Source of the DNA: an uncultured Bacilli bacterium | GTDB lineage: Bacteria; Bacillota_I; Bacilli_A; RFN20; CAG-826 | Direction of reading: 5' to 3' | Length of the DNA stretch: 64,000 nucleotides | Assembly: GCA_934140155.1 (NCBI GenBank) | Contig: CAKPBC010000001.1 | Span: forward strand, 32,981 to 96,980 | Part shown: positions 45,289-55,631 of the stretch, one piece after another | Layout of the letters: each line of letters starts with the position of its first letter | How positions within the stretch are numbered: position 1 is the first letter of the stretch | Position numbers and translations under genes: made by a program | The notes under the pieces: model-generated | The model's database searches: none | Seen by the model: the letters and a program-made list of their open reading frames with translations, nothing else | What the model was told of the DNA's origin: nothing

Positions 45289-45450
45289 GAATAATTCCTC
45301 CTTTGTCTAAATCAGGCTTAGACGTTGCTCCGTGTAAATTCCCTGAACGCCTCATTCATGACAACAGCCTTCGGCGTATCAGCAACCTTGCACTTCATCG
45401 CAAGCATCAAACATTGAAAGTTTATCAAAAACGCATTATATAGTCAAGCA
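45289..45450 (-). promoter_or_regulatory. GC-rich structured 5' leader of the S10 operon (candidate r-protein autoregulatory RNA)
   Basis: About 150-nt leader at roughly 50% GC against about 33% background, with several predicted stems (acgcc...ggcgt; gcuugcgaug...). Confidence 0.35.
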
Positions 45451-45559
45451 TTTTTTCACTATTTATTGAATAAATATTATATTTATAATATAAGGTCGAT
45501 TTTTAGAACAAGTTTGTTAGTTCTTTAAGGAAGCATCTTTATTATAAGCAAAATTTAAA

Positions 45560-45596
45560 TTACAAAAAAAGCAAGTTTTTTCAACTCGCTTAATCG
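45560..45596 (-). terminator. Terminator after queH
   Basis: Minus strand reads gcgaguu-gaaaa-aacuugc (7-bp stem with a G.U pair) followed by U7. Confidence 0.6.
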
Positions 45597-46253
45597 TTAT
45601 TTTTGTTCTTCTTTTTGATGATTTTTTACTAAAAATTGCTTGTGATAAGTATACTTGCAACCGCAATAAAGTTGTTGATAAAGATTATATTTAATACGCA
45701 TTTCACGTGCTTCATCTATGCCTTTGTTTTTCTTAAAATCAGAATAAAAATATTTTGTATAGTCGTATTTTTTCTCTAATTCTTTACCAATAGCATTTAA
45801 AATTTGGCTATTCTTTTGCCTAGAAATAGTCATAACTGTTGTAAAATAATCAAACCTATGCTCGTTAGCGTACTTAAACGCTTCATCCATTCTTTTGGTA
45901 TAGCAAATCTTACAGCGATCTAATCCTTCTGGTTGATCTTTGTATGGTTCTAAGTCTTTGTTATACGTATCATTATCATAAGGCGTTTCAATCACTTCCA
46001 CGCGCACGTTATAATCTTTATAGAAATATTCTAAAAATTTTTTAAGTTCATCTTTTCTTCTTTGATATTCACTTTCAGGATAAATATTTGAGTTATTATA
46101 AAAGATAGTAACATCAAAATATTGACTTAAAAATTTAATTGGAAAAGTAAGACAAGGTCCACAGCAAGCATGTAAAAGTAATGTTGGACGCTTGCCATTT
46201 AATGCTTCTATTTCTTTAAGAGATTCTAAATAATAGTTAATTTTCTTTTCCAT
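45597..46253 (-). CDS. queH: Epoxyqueuosine reductase QueH (DUF208 family)
   Basis: [14 protein letters not shown] plus CKIC...CGCKY Cys motifs typical of DUF208/QueH. Lies downstream of tgt-queA. Start uncertain: TTG at 46274 or ATG at 46268 or 46253. Confidence 0.75.
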   Translation of the reverse strand: MEKKINYYLESLKEIEALNGKRPTLLLHACCGPCLTFPIKFLSQYFDVTIFYNNSNIYPESEYQRRKDELKKFLEYFYKDYNVRVEVIETPYDNDTYNKDLEPYKDQPEGLDRCKICYTKRMDEAFKYANEHRFDYFTTVMTISRQKNSQILNAIGKELEKKYDYTKYFYSDFKKNKGIDEAREMRIKYNLYQQLYCGCKYTYHKQFLVKNHQKEEQK

Positions 46254-47273
46254 AAATAAACATTGCATCTCCAAAAGAGAAGAAACGATATTTTTCTTTA
46301 ACGGCTTCTTTATAACATTCTAAAATAAATTCACGTCCCGCAAGAGCGGATACAAGCATAATTAAAGTAGATTTAGGCAAATGGAAATTAGTAATTAGTC
46401 CATCAATCGCTAAATACTTATATCCTGGATAAATAAATATTGAGGTATTGCCAGAGCATGCCTTAAAAGTTCCATATTCTTGCATAACAGATTCTAAAAC
46501 ACGTGTTGAGGTTGTACCAATTGAAATAATTCGGCGATGTTCTTTTTTTGCTTTATTTAAGATATCCGCAGTTTCTTGGCTCATAACATAATATTCTGAG
46601 TGCATATGATGTTCTAAAACATCATTCACTTTTACTGGTCTAAATGTTCCTAAACCAATATGTAAAGTAACATCTACAACAATAACACCTTTTTGTTTTA
46701 ATTTTTCAAATAATTCTTCCGTAAAATGAAATCCTGCAGTCGGAGCGGCGGCACTTCCTTCCACTTTAGCATAGACAGTTTGATAACGTGAATTATCATC
46801 ACATTGTTTACGAATATATGGAGGTAAAGGCATTTTGCCTAATTTATCGAGCACTTCATAAAATACACCTTCATAAATCATATGCATAATACGAATGCCT
46901 TCTTCTTTAATTTCTAAACATTCTGCTTTTAATTCACCATTTCCAAAAGAAACGATAGTGCCAACTTTAACCGTTTTAGCATTACCAACTAAACATTCCC
47001 AGTTGTCATTTTCTAATTGTTTTAACAATAACAATTCAACATGAGCATGAGTTTTTTCTTTTTCACCTAACAATCGAGCCGGTATAACCTTAGTGTTATT
47101 TCTAACCAAAACATCACCCGCATGTAAGTAATCAACAATATCATAAAAATGCTTATGTTCATAAGTTTTTGTATCTTTATTAATAACCATTAAACTAGAT
47201 TCATCACGTTTTTTCGCTGGCGATTGCGCAATTAACTCTTCTGGTAAATCAAAATCAAATAAACTAATATCCA

Positions 47274-47274
<1 letters not shown>
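46237..47274 (-). CDS. queA: S-adenosylmethionine:tRNA ribosyltransferase-isomerase
   Basis: 345 aa [20 protein letters not shown]... Confidence 0.93.
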
Positions 47275-48434
<1,160 letters not shown>

Positions 48435-48439
48435 TTAAT

Positions 48440-48475
48440 AGTCTTTAAGCAAAAGAAAAAAGCACAACTAAGGTG
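48440..48475 (-). terminator. Weak terminator after the MBL gene (end of the phn-type operon)
   Basis: Minus strand reads agcacc-uuaguug-ugcu (5-bp stem) followed by U6. Confidence 0.4.
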
Positions 48476-48510
48476 CTAATCTCAAAAAGTTATTGAAAAC
48501 AAGGTAATCA

Positions 48511-49197
48511 TTAAATTACTCTTGCTATGTTAAATCCTTCATCAATGCATTTTTTTATTAACAAATCGCTATCAAAATGCATTAGAAATACTCTATTACG
48601 ATATTCAAGCGGTATTTCTTTACATAAAGTATTTAAACCGATATGAAAATTAGAATCTTTATCACTAACTTCATGATAGAGAGTATCTAATTCACCTGCA
48701 AAAAACATTTGTTTTGCTTTCTTATTTAATAAACATGTGTCTCCAGAATAAAAGAATTTTTCTAAAGGAGAATAAACAAAATAACTACGACTATCCGATA
48801 TGTGTTTTGCCTCAACTGATTCAATAGTAACATTCTTATCTTTATAAATCTTATCTTCAATAATTTTGACCAATTCATAGTTATAATCTGTTAATTTTAA
48901 AAATGCTATCATTTTGTTTTTATTTGAGCACAAAATAGTTACATTATGGACCGGATTTATAATAGTTAAATAAACGAGCAATGCTTCAAGTGAGCCAATA
49001 TGATCCCCATGCATATGTGTTATAGAAATAACCACATCATTTTCTTTGCTAAAATTGATATATTTTACAATTTTGCTAGCAATTTTTTCTCCGCAATCAA
49101 AAATATAAAAAGTATTATCATATTTAAAATAAGCTGCTGTGTTATCTAAATCATAATTAAATGCTGAACCATTACCTAAAAATTTTAAACTAGTCAT
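48511..49197 (-). CDS. MBL-fold metallo-hydrolase, short form (phosphodiesterase-like; HxHxDH)
   Basis: 228 aa with FLGNGSAF glycine-rich start and THMHGDH metal motif. Start overlaps the upstream kinase stop by 8 nt. Confidence 0.7.
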   Translation of the reverse strand: MTSLKFLGNGSAFNYDLDNTAAYFKYDNTFYIFDCGEKIASKIVKYINFSKENDVVISITHMHGDHIGSLEALLVYLTIINPVHNVTILCSNKNKMIAFLKLTDYNYELVKIIEDKIYKDKNVTIESVEAKHISDSRSYFVYSPLEKFFYSGDTCLLNKKAKQMFFAGELDTLYHEVSDKDSNFHIGLNTLCKEIPLEYRNRVFLMHFDSDLLIKKCIDEGFNIARVI

Positions 49198-49660
49198 TTA
49201 CATAAACCACCTTAATAAAATTGTAGCGGTAAATATTATCTGAACTTGGATCTTTATATCTTTCCATCATTGATAATATAACATCTTCTGGCACCCATTT
49301 TTCTTCTTGTCTTTTATGATTTCGCTTTAGAATTGTATCAATATTTGCTTTTAACATTACTAATTGAATGTAGTCAGCGCCTTTTATTTTATCAAGAAAA
49401 TAGTTTCTTCTTTTGTCATCTAAAAATGTCGAGTCTAAAACAACTGTAATATTTTCATTATTAGTTAATAATACATTAGCAGTTTCAATCATTTTATCAT
49501 AAACAATATTCATATCTTCAAGAATTACACGATAATCATGAGTAATAGCAAAACGTGTTTCATCACTTGAAATAATATGACAATTCTCATCTTTTATTGA
49601 TTGAGCATAATATGATTTTCCTGTTCCAGGAAGTCCCGCTAAAAGAATTAATTTACGCAT
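49190..49660 (-). CDS. P-loop kinase resembling the 5'-OH polynucleotide kinase domain (T4 Pnk kinase-domain-like, AAA_33-type)
   Basis: 156 aa. MRKLILLAGLPGTGKSY Walker A at residues 8-16. SSDETR (general-base Asp region). C-terminal KRNHKRQEEKWVPEDVILSMMERY recalling T4 Pnk [26 protein letters not shown]. Start lies 2 nt after the phnE stop. Confidence 0.55.
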   Translation of the reverse strand: MRKLILLAGLPGTGKSYYAQSIKDENCHIISSDETRFAITHDYRVILEDMNIVYDKMIETANVLLTNNENITVVLDSTFLDDKRRNYFLDKIKGADYIQLVMLKANIDTILKRNHKRQEEKWVPEDVILSMMERYKDPSSDNIYRYNFIKVVYVND

Positions 49661-49662
49661 AA

Positions 49663-50553
49663 CTACACTAATTTCTTTCTTAAGAATGATGATAATAAAT
49701 CGACAGCAATAACCAATATAATTACACCATATAAAACCGCGGCTAATTCACTCCAGTGTTCATTTTGTGAATAAACATTAATCGGATAACCAACACCGCC
49801 AGCACCAACTAATCCTAAAATTGAAGCGGTACGAATATTTAAATCAAAACGATATAAAATAACATTGGCAAAGTTAGGAGCTATTTGTGGTACTACACCA
49901 TATTGAATTCGTGTAAAAGGAGTTGCACCAACCGCATCAAGCGCTTCAATAGGTTCATTAGAAATTAAGTCTAATTGTTCCGAATACATTTTCCCAATCA
50001 TACCAACGGAATGGATTGAAAGTACAGCAACACCAGTAACTGGTCCAAAGCCAAACACTTGAATAAATATATATCCTAATAACAATTCCGGGAAAGTTCT
50101 AATCAAAATTAAAAAGGTTTCCGAAATAATTGCATATTTTCCAACTATTTTGCGGCTTGCCAAAAATCCAAACGGAATAGAAAGCAAAGAAGATATTGTT
50201 GTTCCAACAAACGCTATTGCAAATGTTTGAATCACTTGATAAATAACTGATGTTGAAAAATCAAATAATTCTCCAAAGCCAAACATATATTCAAAATTAG
50301 GATGTAAAAAGCCTTCAAGCATTTTTCCTAATTTACCCCAGTTTGGGTTTCTAAAATGGTTAAATAAATCTACATCTAGACTAAAATATAAAACAATCCC
50401 AACAAGCAATACAATAAATACTAAATTATAAATCCATTTTTTCGGTCTTGCTTTGTATGCCTCATCAATTGTTGTAAAATGGTGTTGGACTTTATAAAAC
50501 ATTTTCTTGTACCAAGGCAACTTAGTATATGCATTTTCTTCTATAGTTTTCAT
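49663..50553 (-). CDS. phnE: Phosphonate/phosphite-type ABC transporter permease PhnE
   Basis: 296 aa, multi-TM, with EALDAVGATPFTRIQYGVVPQIAPNF EAA-loop motif. Confidence 0.85.
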   Translation of the reverse strand: MKTIEENAYTKLPWYKKMFYKVQHHFTTIDEAYKARPKKWIYNLVFIVLLVGIVLYFSLDVDLFNHFRNPNWGKLGKMLEGFLHPNFEYMFGFGELFDFSTSVIYQVIQTFAIAFVGTTISSLLSIPFGFLASRKIVGKYAIISETFLILIRTFPELLLGYIFIQVFGFGPVTGVAVLSIHSVGMIGKMYSEQLDLISNEPIEALDAVGATPFTRIQYGVVPQIAPNFANVILYRFDLNIRTASILGLVGAGGVGYPINVYSQNEHWSELAAVLYGVIILVIAVDLLSSFLRKKLV

Positions 50554-50554
50554 A

Positions 50555-51436
50555 TTAACTAATTTTCCTCCTTAAGTAACTAGAAATAAGTTGTAAAACG
50601 AATACAACAATAAATAATGGGACTAAAATAGCACCAATCTTATCATATTGTGTTGATTCCATTGCATCGGATAATAATTGGCCAATACCACCAGCGCCAA
50701 CGAATCCTAATACAACTGAAGCACGAATGTTGATTTCAAATGTGTAGATGAAATTTGAAATAAACATTGGATTTGCTTGTGGGTGAATAGCTAATGCATA
50801 AGCTTGTAATCTATTCGCACCATTAGATATTGCTACTTCAAAAGGATTCATATCTACAGTTTCTACGTATTCATACATTAATTTAAAAATAATACCAAAT
50901 GTAAATAAGGTCATCGCAAAAACACCTGCTGTTTCACTATAGCCATAAAATATAGCTCCGATAATAGCTAATACAAATGTCGGAATAGTACGCAAAATAT
51001 TCACTAATACACGCACAATTTGATTAACAACTTTGTTTTTCATAACATTAGAAGATGCTAACATATAAAAAGGAACAGCTAGCAAAGTACCAAATACTGT
51101 GGCAATAAAAATCATTTCGACAGTTTGCCATATTTTAAAACACGCCACATTCCATAAATAATCCCACCATGCATCTCTTGTTTTTAGCGACCACTCTGAT
51201 GGTACAAATAGTTGAGAAACAATTTCACCTAATTTATCAAATCTTATCTTATTGTCCATTGGTAAAAATATAAAACATAGACCAAATATTAGCGCATACA
51301 AAAGAACCCATACTAAAATTAGTGATCTTTTCTTTTCCACTACTTTAGTAGGATTTCCAAATTCATCCGTGCTAACAACCATGGTTTTATGAGTTAGGCG
51401 ATATAAAAAACCATTATTTTGTGGTTCCATTATCAT
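50555..51436 (-). CDS. phnE: Phosphonate/phosphite-type ABC transporter permease PhnE (second copy)
   Basis: 293 aa with EVAISNGANRLQAYALAIHPQANPMF motif. Confidence 0.85.
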   Translation of the reverse strand: MIMEPQNNGFLYRLTHKTMVVSTDEFGNPTKVVEKKRSLILVWVLLYALIFGLCFIFLPMDNKIRFDKLGEIVSQLFVPSEWSLKTRDAWWDYLWNVACFKIWQTVEMIFIATVFGTLLAVPFYMLASSNVMKNKVVNQIVRVLVNILRTIPTFVLAIIGAIFYGYSETAGVFAMTLFTFGIIFKLMYEYVETVDMNPFEVAISNGANRLQAYALAIHPQANPMFISNFIYTFEINIRASVVLGFVGAGGIGQLLSDAMESTQYDKIGAILVPLFIVVFVLQLISSYLRRKIS

Positions 51437-52199
51437 CCACTCCTAATTTCTCATTATGGTTTAAAGAACGGCCATAAATTTTGATTAATGCTTCTTCTGT
51501 TACTTCTTCTGGCTTTCCGTCAAATACAATTTCACCTGCACGAATACCAATAATTCTTGTTGCATATTTAAGTGCTAAATCTACATGGTGCATATTAGCA
51601 ACAATAGTAATTTTTTCTTCTTGATTAATTCTTTTAAAGTCATCCATAACTGATAAAGTAGTGATTGGGTCAAGAGACGCAACTGGCTCATCAGCTAATA
51701 TCAATGATGGTTGTTGAGTTAAGGCTCTTGCAAGAGCAACTCTTTGCATTTGTCCTCCACTTAATTGATCAGCACGAACAAATGCTTTATCGAGAATGCC
51801 TAACTTATCAAGTGATTGTAAGGCAAGCATTTTTTCTTCCTTTGAATATAGGCCAAAAATACACTCAAAGGTAGAGTGATAACCCACTCTACCTGAGAGA
51901 ACATTTTTATAGACACTAGAACGTTTCACCAAATTGAATGATTGGAATATCATACCGATATTTTTACGGATTGAACGAAGTTCTTTACCTTTAGCAGCAG
52001 AAATATCTTTTCCATTAACCATTAGTTTTCCGCTAGTAATCGGATGCATTTTGTTAATAGTTCTAATTATTGTTGATTTTCCAGCGCCTGATAGGCCAAT
52101 AATACAAACGAAATCTCCATCATTGATAGTCAATTTTACATTTTTCAAAGCCGTAAATCCATTTGGGTACGTCTTTGTAACATTTTCAAAGACTATCAT
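51414..52199 (-). CDS. phnC: Phosphonate ABC transporter ATP-binding protein PhnC
   Basis: 261 aa with Walker A GLSGAGKST, signature LSGGQMQRVALARAL, and PhnC-like IFQSFNLVKRSSVYKNVLSG block. Confidence 0.88.
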   Translation of the reverse strand: MIVFENVTKTYPNGFTALKNVKLTINDGDFVCIIGLSGAGKSTIIRTINKMHPITSGKLMVNGKDISAAKGKELRSIRKNIGMIFQSFNLVKRSSVYKNVLSGRVGYHSTFECIFGLYSKEEKMLALQSLDKLGILDKAFVRADQLSGGQMQRVALARALTQQPSLILADEPVASLDPITTLSVMDDFKRINQEEKITIVANMHHVDLALKYATRIIGIRAGEIVFDGKPEEVTEEALIKIYGRSLNHNEKLGVDDNGTTK

Positions 52200-52232
52200 A
52201 ATTTCATTTCCTTTTTAATTAATTTTTATTTC

Positions 52233-53318
52233 TTATTTTGTATTTAATAAACCTTTGTCAACACAGAATTGATAGAATTTTCTTTCGTTTTCAAAATCAG
52301 AATCTTTAGCATCAGTATAGCCTGTGTGTGAATATAAGTTATAAAGATAGAAAGCACCTGTGCCTTCTTTATCAATGCTACCATCTTTAACTAATTCTTT
52401 GAAAGCATGTTTAACAGCTTCTTTGATTTTTGGATCAAGATTAGCACGGCAAGAAATAGTATCATTATAAATACCATCAGTAATTGCTACTACTTTATAA
52501 TCTTCAAATAATTTATCATCTTTGTAGTGTTTACTATCTGATTTAGAATAGAAGTTAGAATATCTAACATCAGTATAACCCCAGAATCCAGCAATTTCGC
52601 CATTCATCATAGCTTCACAAGCTGCAGTATAACCAGATTGGAAATATTTACCTTTGATTTGTTTTGTTGCATCTGTGATATCATCAACCATTTCCATACC
52701 ATGTTCATATAAATAATGTAATGGTCTTAAATAGCCAGCGCCTGAAGTTGTTCCCATTCTACCAATAGTTAAACCAGCCATATCAAGAATATCAATTTTT
52801 CCATCTTTATTAGCATCTTTATAATATTCATTTCTTACTACTAATTGTGAAGAGTACCAGTTAACATCTGTATTAGATTGTTCACCATGATAAGTATATC
52901 CTTCGATTTCTTGGTTCATAGCTTTAATTTGGTCAGCTTCAGTTGTGTAATCTTCTTGAACTTTATAACCTTTACGAACAGAAGTCATTAATACTTCTAC
53001 TTTTCCTGGATTCTTTAATGTTGCTTCAGCATAACCAGAAGCTGTTAAGAAACCAATATCAAGTTGATCAGATAATAAACCTTGAGTTGTAGCAGCATAG
53101 CTTGTACCAGTAGTAATATTGAATCTGTATTCTGGTTCAATTTTCGAAAGCATTGGTGCCATTTTTTTAGCTAAAGTAGCTAATTTACCTGGGTCATTAG
53201 ATGGTACGAATTGGATGTTAATAACTTGTCTGTTATCTTTGTTACATGAAGATAATCCAGCAGCACCACATAATAACATTAATGCAGTCATAGACATTGT
53301 AAAAATAGATTTTTTCAT
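52233..53318 (-). CDS. phnD: PhnD-family substrate-binding lipoprotein (phosphonate/phosphite/organophosphate)
   Basis: 361 aa with LLCGAAGLSSC lipobox and PhnD-like TSGAGYLRPLHYL block. Confidence 0.8.
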   Translation of the reverse strand: MKKSIFTMSMTALMLLCGAAGLSSCNKDNRQVINIQFVPSNDPGKLATLAKKMAPMLSKIEPEYRFNITTGTSYAATTQGLLSDQLDIGFLTASGYAEATLKNPGKVEVLMTSVRKGYKVQEDYTTEADQIKAMNQEIEGYTYHGEQSNTDVNWYSSQLVVRNEYYKDANKDGKIDILDMAGLTIGRMGTTSGAGYLRPLHYLYEHGMEMVDDITDATKQIKGKYFQSGYTAACEAMMNGEIAGFWGYTDVRYSNFYSKSDSKHYKDDKLFEDYKVVAITDGIYNDTISCRANLDPKIKEAVKHAFKELVKDGSIDKEGTGAFYLYNLYSHTGYTDAKDSDFENERKFYQFCVDKGLLNTK

Positions 53319-53740
53319 AAATTTCCTCCTGCGACATTTGCGCGTTCTTATCTATTTTGAATTAGGAAGATTTAATACTGTAGTCTTCTCTTCCTTCTTC
53401 TAATTTATTATACACAATATTATCTACTATACAAAATGTTTTTTTATAAAAAACGTCGATTGCAAGCCACTTTTTTATAAAATTTTGTGGTTGGTTCACT
53501 TCTATTATACTATAGAACAAACTAAAAAAAATAGTCTTTTTTATATAAAATCGTTTTCATAATTTTTTACTAGACTTTATCAACAAATTGTTATAAACTT
53601 AAAATGAACCCACCAAAAATAGAAAAATAATTATTATAATAACGCTCAATTTTTTTAAAATGTTTTTTTTAATGTTTTTTTATTTTTTTCATAAACTAAT
53701 TATATGTACTTTAATTACCATGGAATTATAAAAAAGAAAA

Positions 53741-53812
53741 TAAAAGCAGGTCTATTAATACGATATGAGTATCTTGACTCATTTCATAACATTAAACCTG
53801 CTTTAGTTTTGT
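53741..53812 (-). terminator. Bidirectional hairpin terminator downstream of udk
   Basis: aaagcaggt...(46 nt with inner 6-bp stem atgagt/actcat)...acctgcttt 9-bp stem. U-rich on the minus strand (uuuuauuuucuuuuuu) and T-rich on the plus strand. Confidence 0.5.
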
Positions 53813-53875
53813 ATTTTAAGGATGGAAGTGTTTATCCAATTAGGGAATATCGCTGGCACGAATATTACGAGTTTC

Positions 53876-54505
53876 TTAACGATTTATAAGCTCGTTAATT
53901 CTACGCATAACTTTTTCAATTTGTATTTCATCTAAGCCATTATTATCATTATTAATAAAGACAATATCACAATCATCTTTTGTTGGTTCTATATATTGAT
54001 AATGACATGGCTTAACAGTAGTTAAGTATTGATCAATTACTGATTCGATTGTGCGTCCTCTTTCTTTAACATCTCGAGATAATCTTCTTAATACGCGTAC
54101 ATCAGCATCAGTATCTACATAAATAGATAAATCTAATAAATCACGAATACCCGGTACTTGATAAATCATAATACCTTCAACAATGATAATTTTTTTAGGC
54201 TCCACTAATTGGGTTTCTTTGATTCGTGAGTGAGTTTTAAAATCGTAAATTGGTTTTTGGATACTTTTGCCTTCTAATAATTCTTTTAAATGTTTACTAA
54301 ATAATGGTGCATCATATGATTCTGGAACATCATAATTGCTTTTGGCTCTTTCTTCTGGAGATAAGTGACTGCGGTCATTACAATAGGTGTCATAAGAGAC
54401 ACGAACTAAATCATCTTTGAATATTGTTTCTAGATAATCAGATAAAGTTGTTTTTCCTGAACCCGAGCCTCCGCCAATGGCAATTAGTATACTTTTTCTT
54501 TCCAT
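53876..54505 (-). CDS. udk: Uridine kinase
   Basis: 209 aa with IAIGGGSGSGKTTLS P-loop. Confidence 0.92.
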   Translation of the reverse strand: MERKSILIAIGGGSGSGKTTLSDYLETIFKDDLVRVSYDTYCNDRSHLSPEERAKSNYDVPESYDAPLFSKHLKELLEGKSIQKPIYDFKTHSRIKETQLVEPKKIIIVEGIMIYQVPGIRDLLDLSIYVDTDADVRVLRRLSRDVKERGRTIESVIDQYLTTVKPCHYQYIEPTKDDCDIVFINNDNNGLDEIQIEKVMRRINELINR

Positions 54506-54781
54506 AGTGATTCCAACTTTCCGATAAAATTATTTACCGTAAGTTAGTTTATATTGTTGCTCGCATAAAGTAAACTATTTTATGATTTTTTTAAAATCAA
54601 TAATAAAATTAGCAAATTGAATTTTTAAAATTTGATTTGTTATATATCACTTCAAACAATTAAAACATCCAGAAAACATCCAGAAAAACAATTTAAAATT
54701 TTTAATTTATATAATTAACATAATGCAAATCACTTTAAAAATTTTTTAACATCTAATATAATATGAACGGAGATGAGACTA

Positions 54782-55618
54782 ATGATTATTAAAGACGTAA
54801 CTGATGGCAAAGAAAGAGCGTTTTATCACTCTGTTGATACAATATTTGATAACTGTAAAATTAAAGGCGAAGAAGATGGTGAATCAGCTTTTAAAGAATG
54901 CCGTAATATTAAAATTCAAAATTCAGAACTATGTTTAAGATATCCGATTTGGCATAATCATAACTTTGAATTGGTTAACAATTTATTTCATATCGATTGT
55001 CGTGCAAGTTTATGGTATTGCGTAAATGGTAGTATAAAAGATTGTGTACTTGACGGAGTCAAAGCTGTACGTGAATGTAAAGATATAACTATTACTAATT
55101 CTAAAATTAATTCCACAGAATTTGGTTGGAAAAGTGATAATTTAACTCTTACTAATTGTAGTTTAGTTGGAGAATATGCTTTCCTTGATAGTAAAAATAT
55201 AACTATTAAAAATATCGATTTTGCTGGTAAGTATTCTTATCAATATGTAGAAAATATGACTATTGAAGATTCAAAATTAGATACTAAAGATGCTTTCTGG
55301 CATACAAAAAATGTCACTGTTAAAAACAGTTACATTAAAGGAGAATATTTAGGTTGGTATTCTGAAAATCTTACTTTAATTAATTGCACTATAGAAGGAA
55401 CACAACCTCTATGCTATTGCAAAAATCTTACTCTTAAAAATTGTAAAATGATTAAATGTGATTTAAGTTTTGAATATAGCGAAGTTAATGCCACAATCGT
55501 GGGACATGTTGATAGTATTAAAAATCCATTAAGCGGATTTATAAGCGTAGAAAGTGTTGATGAAATCATTAAAGAAGATAGCATTTATAATGATACATGC
55601 AAAATAAAAATTGGCTAA
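54782..55618 (+). CDS. Cytoplasmic right-handed parallel beta-helix repeat protein (DUF3737-like)
   Basis: About 278 aa, no signal peptide. About 8 tandem N(I/L/M/V)T(I/L/V)xN(S/C) beta-helix turns (NITIKNS, NLTLTNCS, NMTIEDSK, NVTVKNSY, NLTLINCT, NLTLKNCK). The only plus-strand CDS in the window. Start at the second ATG (GGAG 9 nt upstream). Confidence 0.55.
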   Translation: MIIKDVTDGKERAFYHSVDTIFDNCKIKGEEDGESAFKECRNIKIQNSELCLRYPIWHNHNFELVNNLFHIDCRASLWYCVNGSIKDCVLDGVKAVRECKDITITNSKINSTEFGWKSDNLTLTNCSLVGEYAFLDSKNITIKNIDFAGKYSYQYVENMTIEDSKLDTKDAFWHTKNVTVKNSYIKGEYLGWYSENLTLINCTIEGTQPLCYCKNLTLKNCKMIKCDLSFEYSEVNATIVGHVDSIKNPLSGFISVESVDEIIKEDSIYNDTCKIKIG

Positions 55619-55631
55619 AGCGCCAATTTTT

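Noticed and set aside
53704-53889. 61-aa plus-strand ORF (MYFNYHGIIKKK...)
   Set aside because: No RBS. It spans the two-level hairpin that serves as udk's terminator (9-bp outer stem plus 6-bp inner stem, U-tract on the minus strand) and overlaps the udk 3' end. Most likely non-coding.
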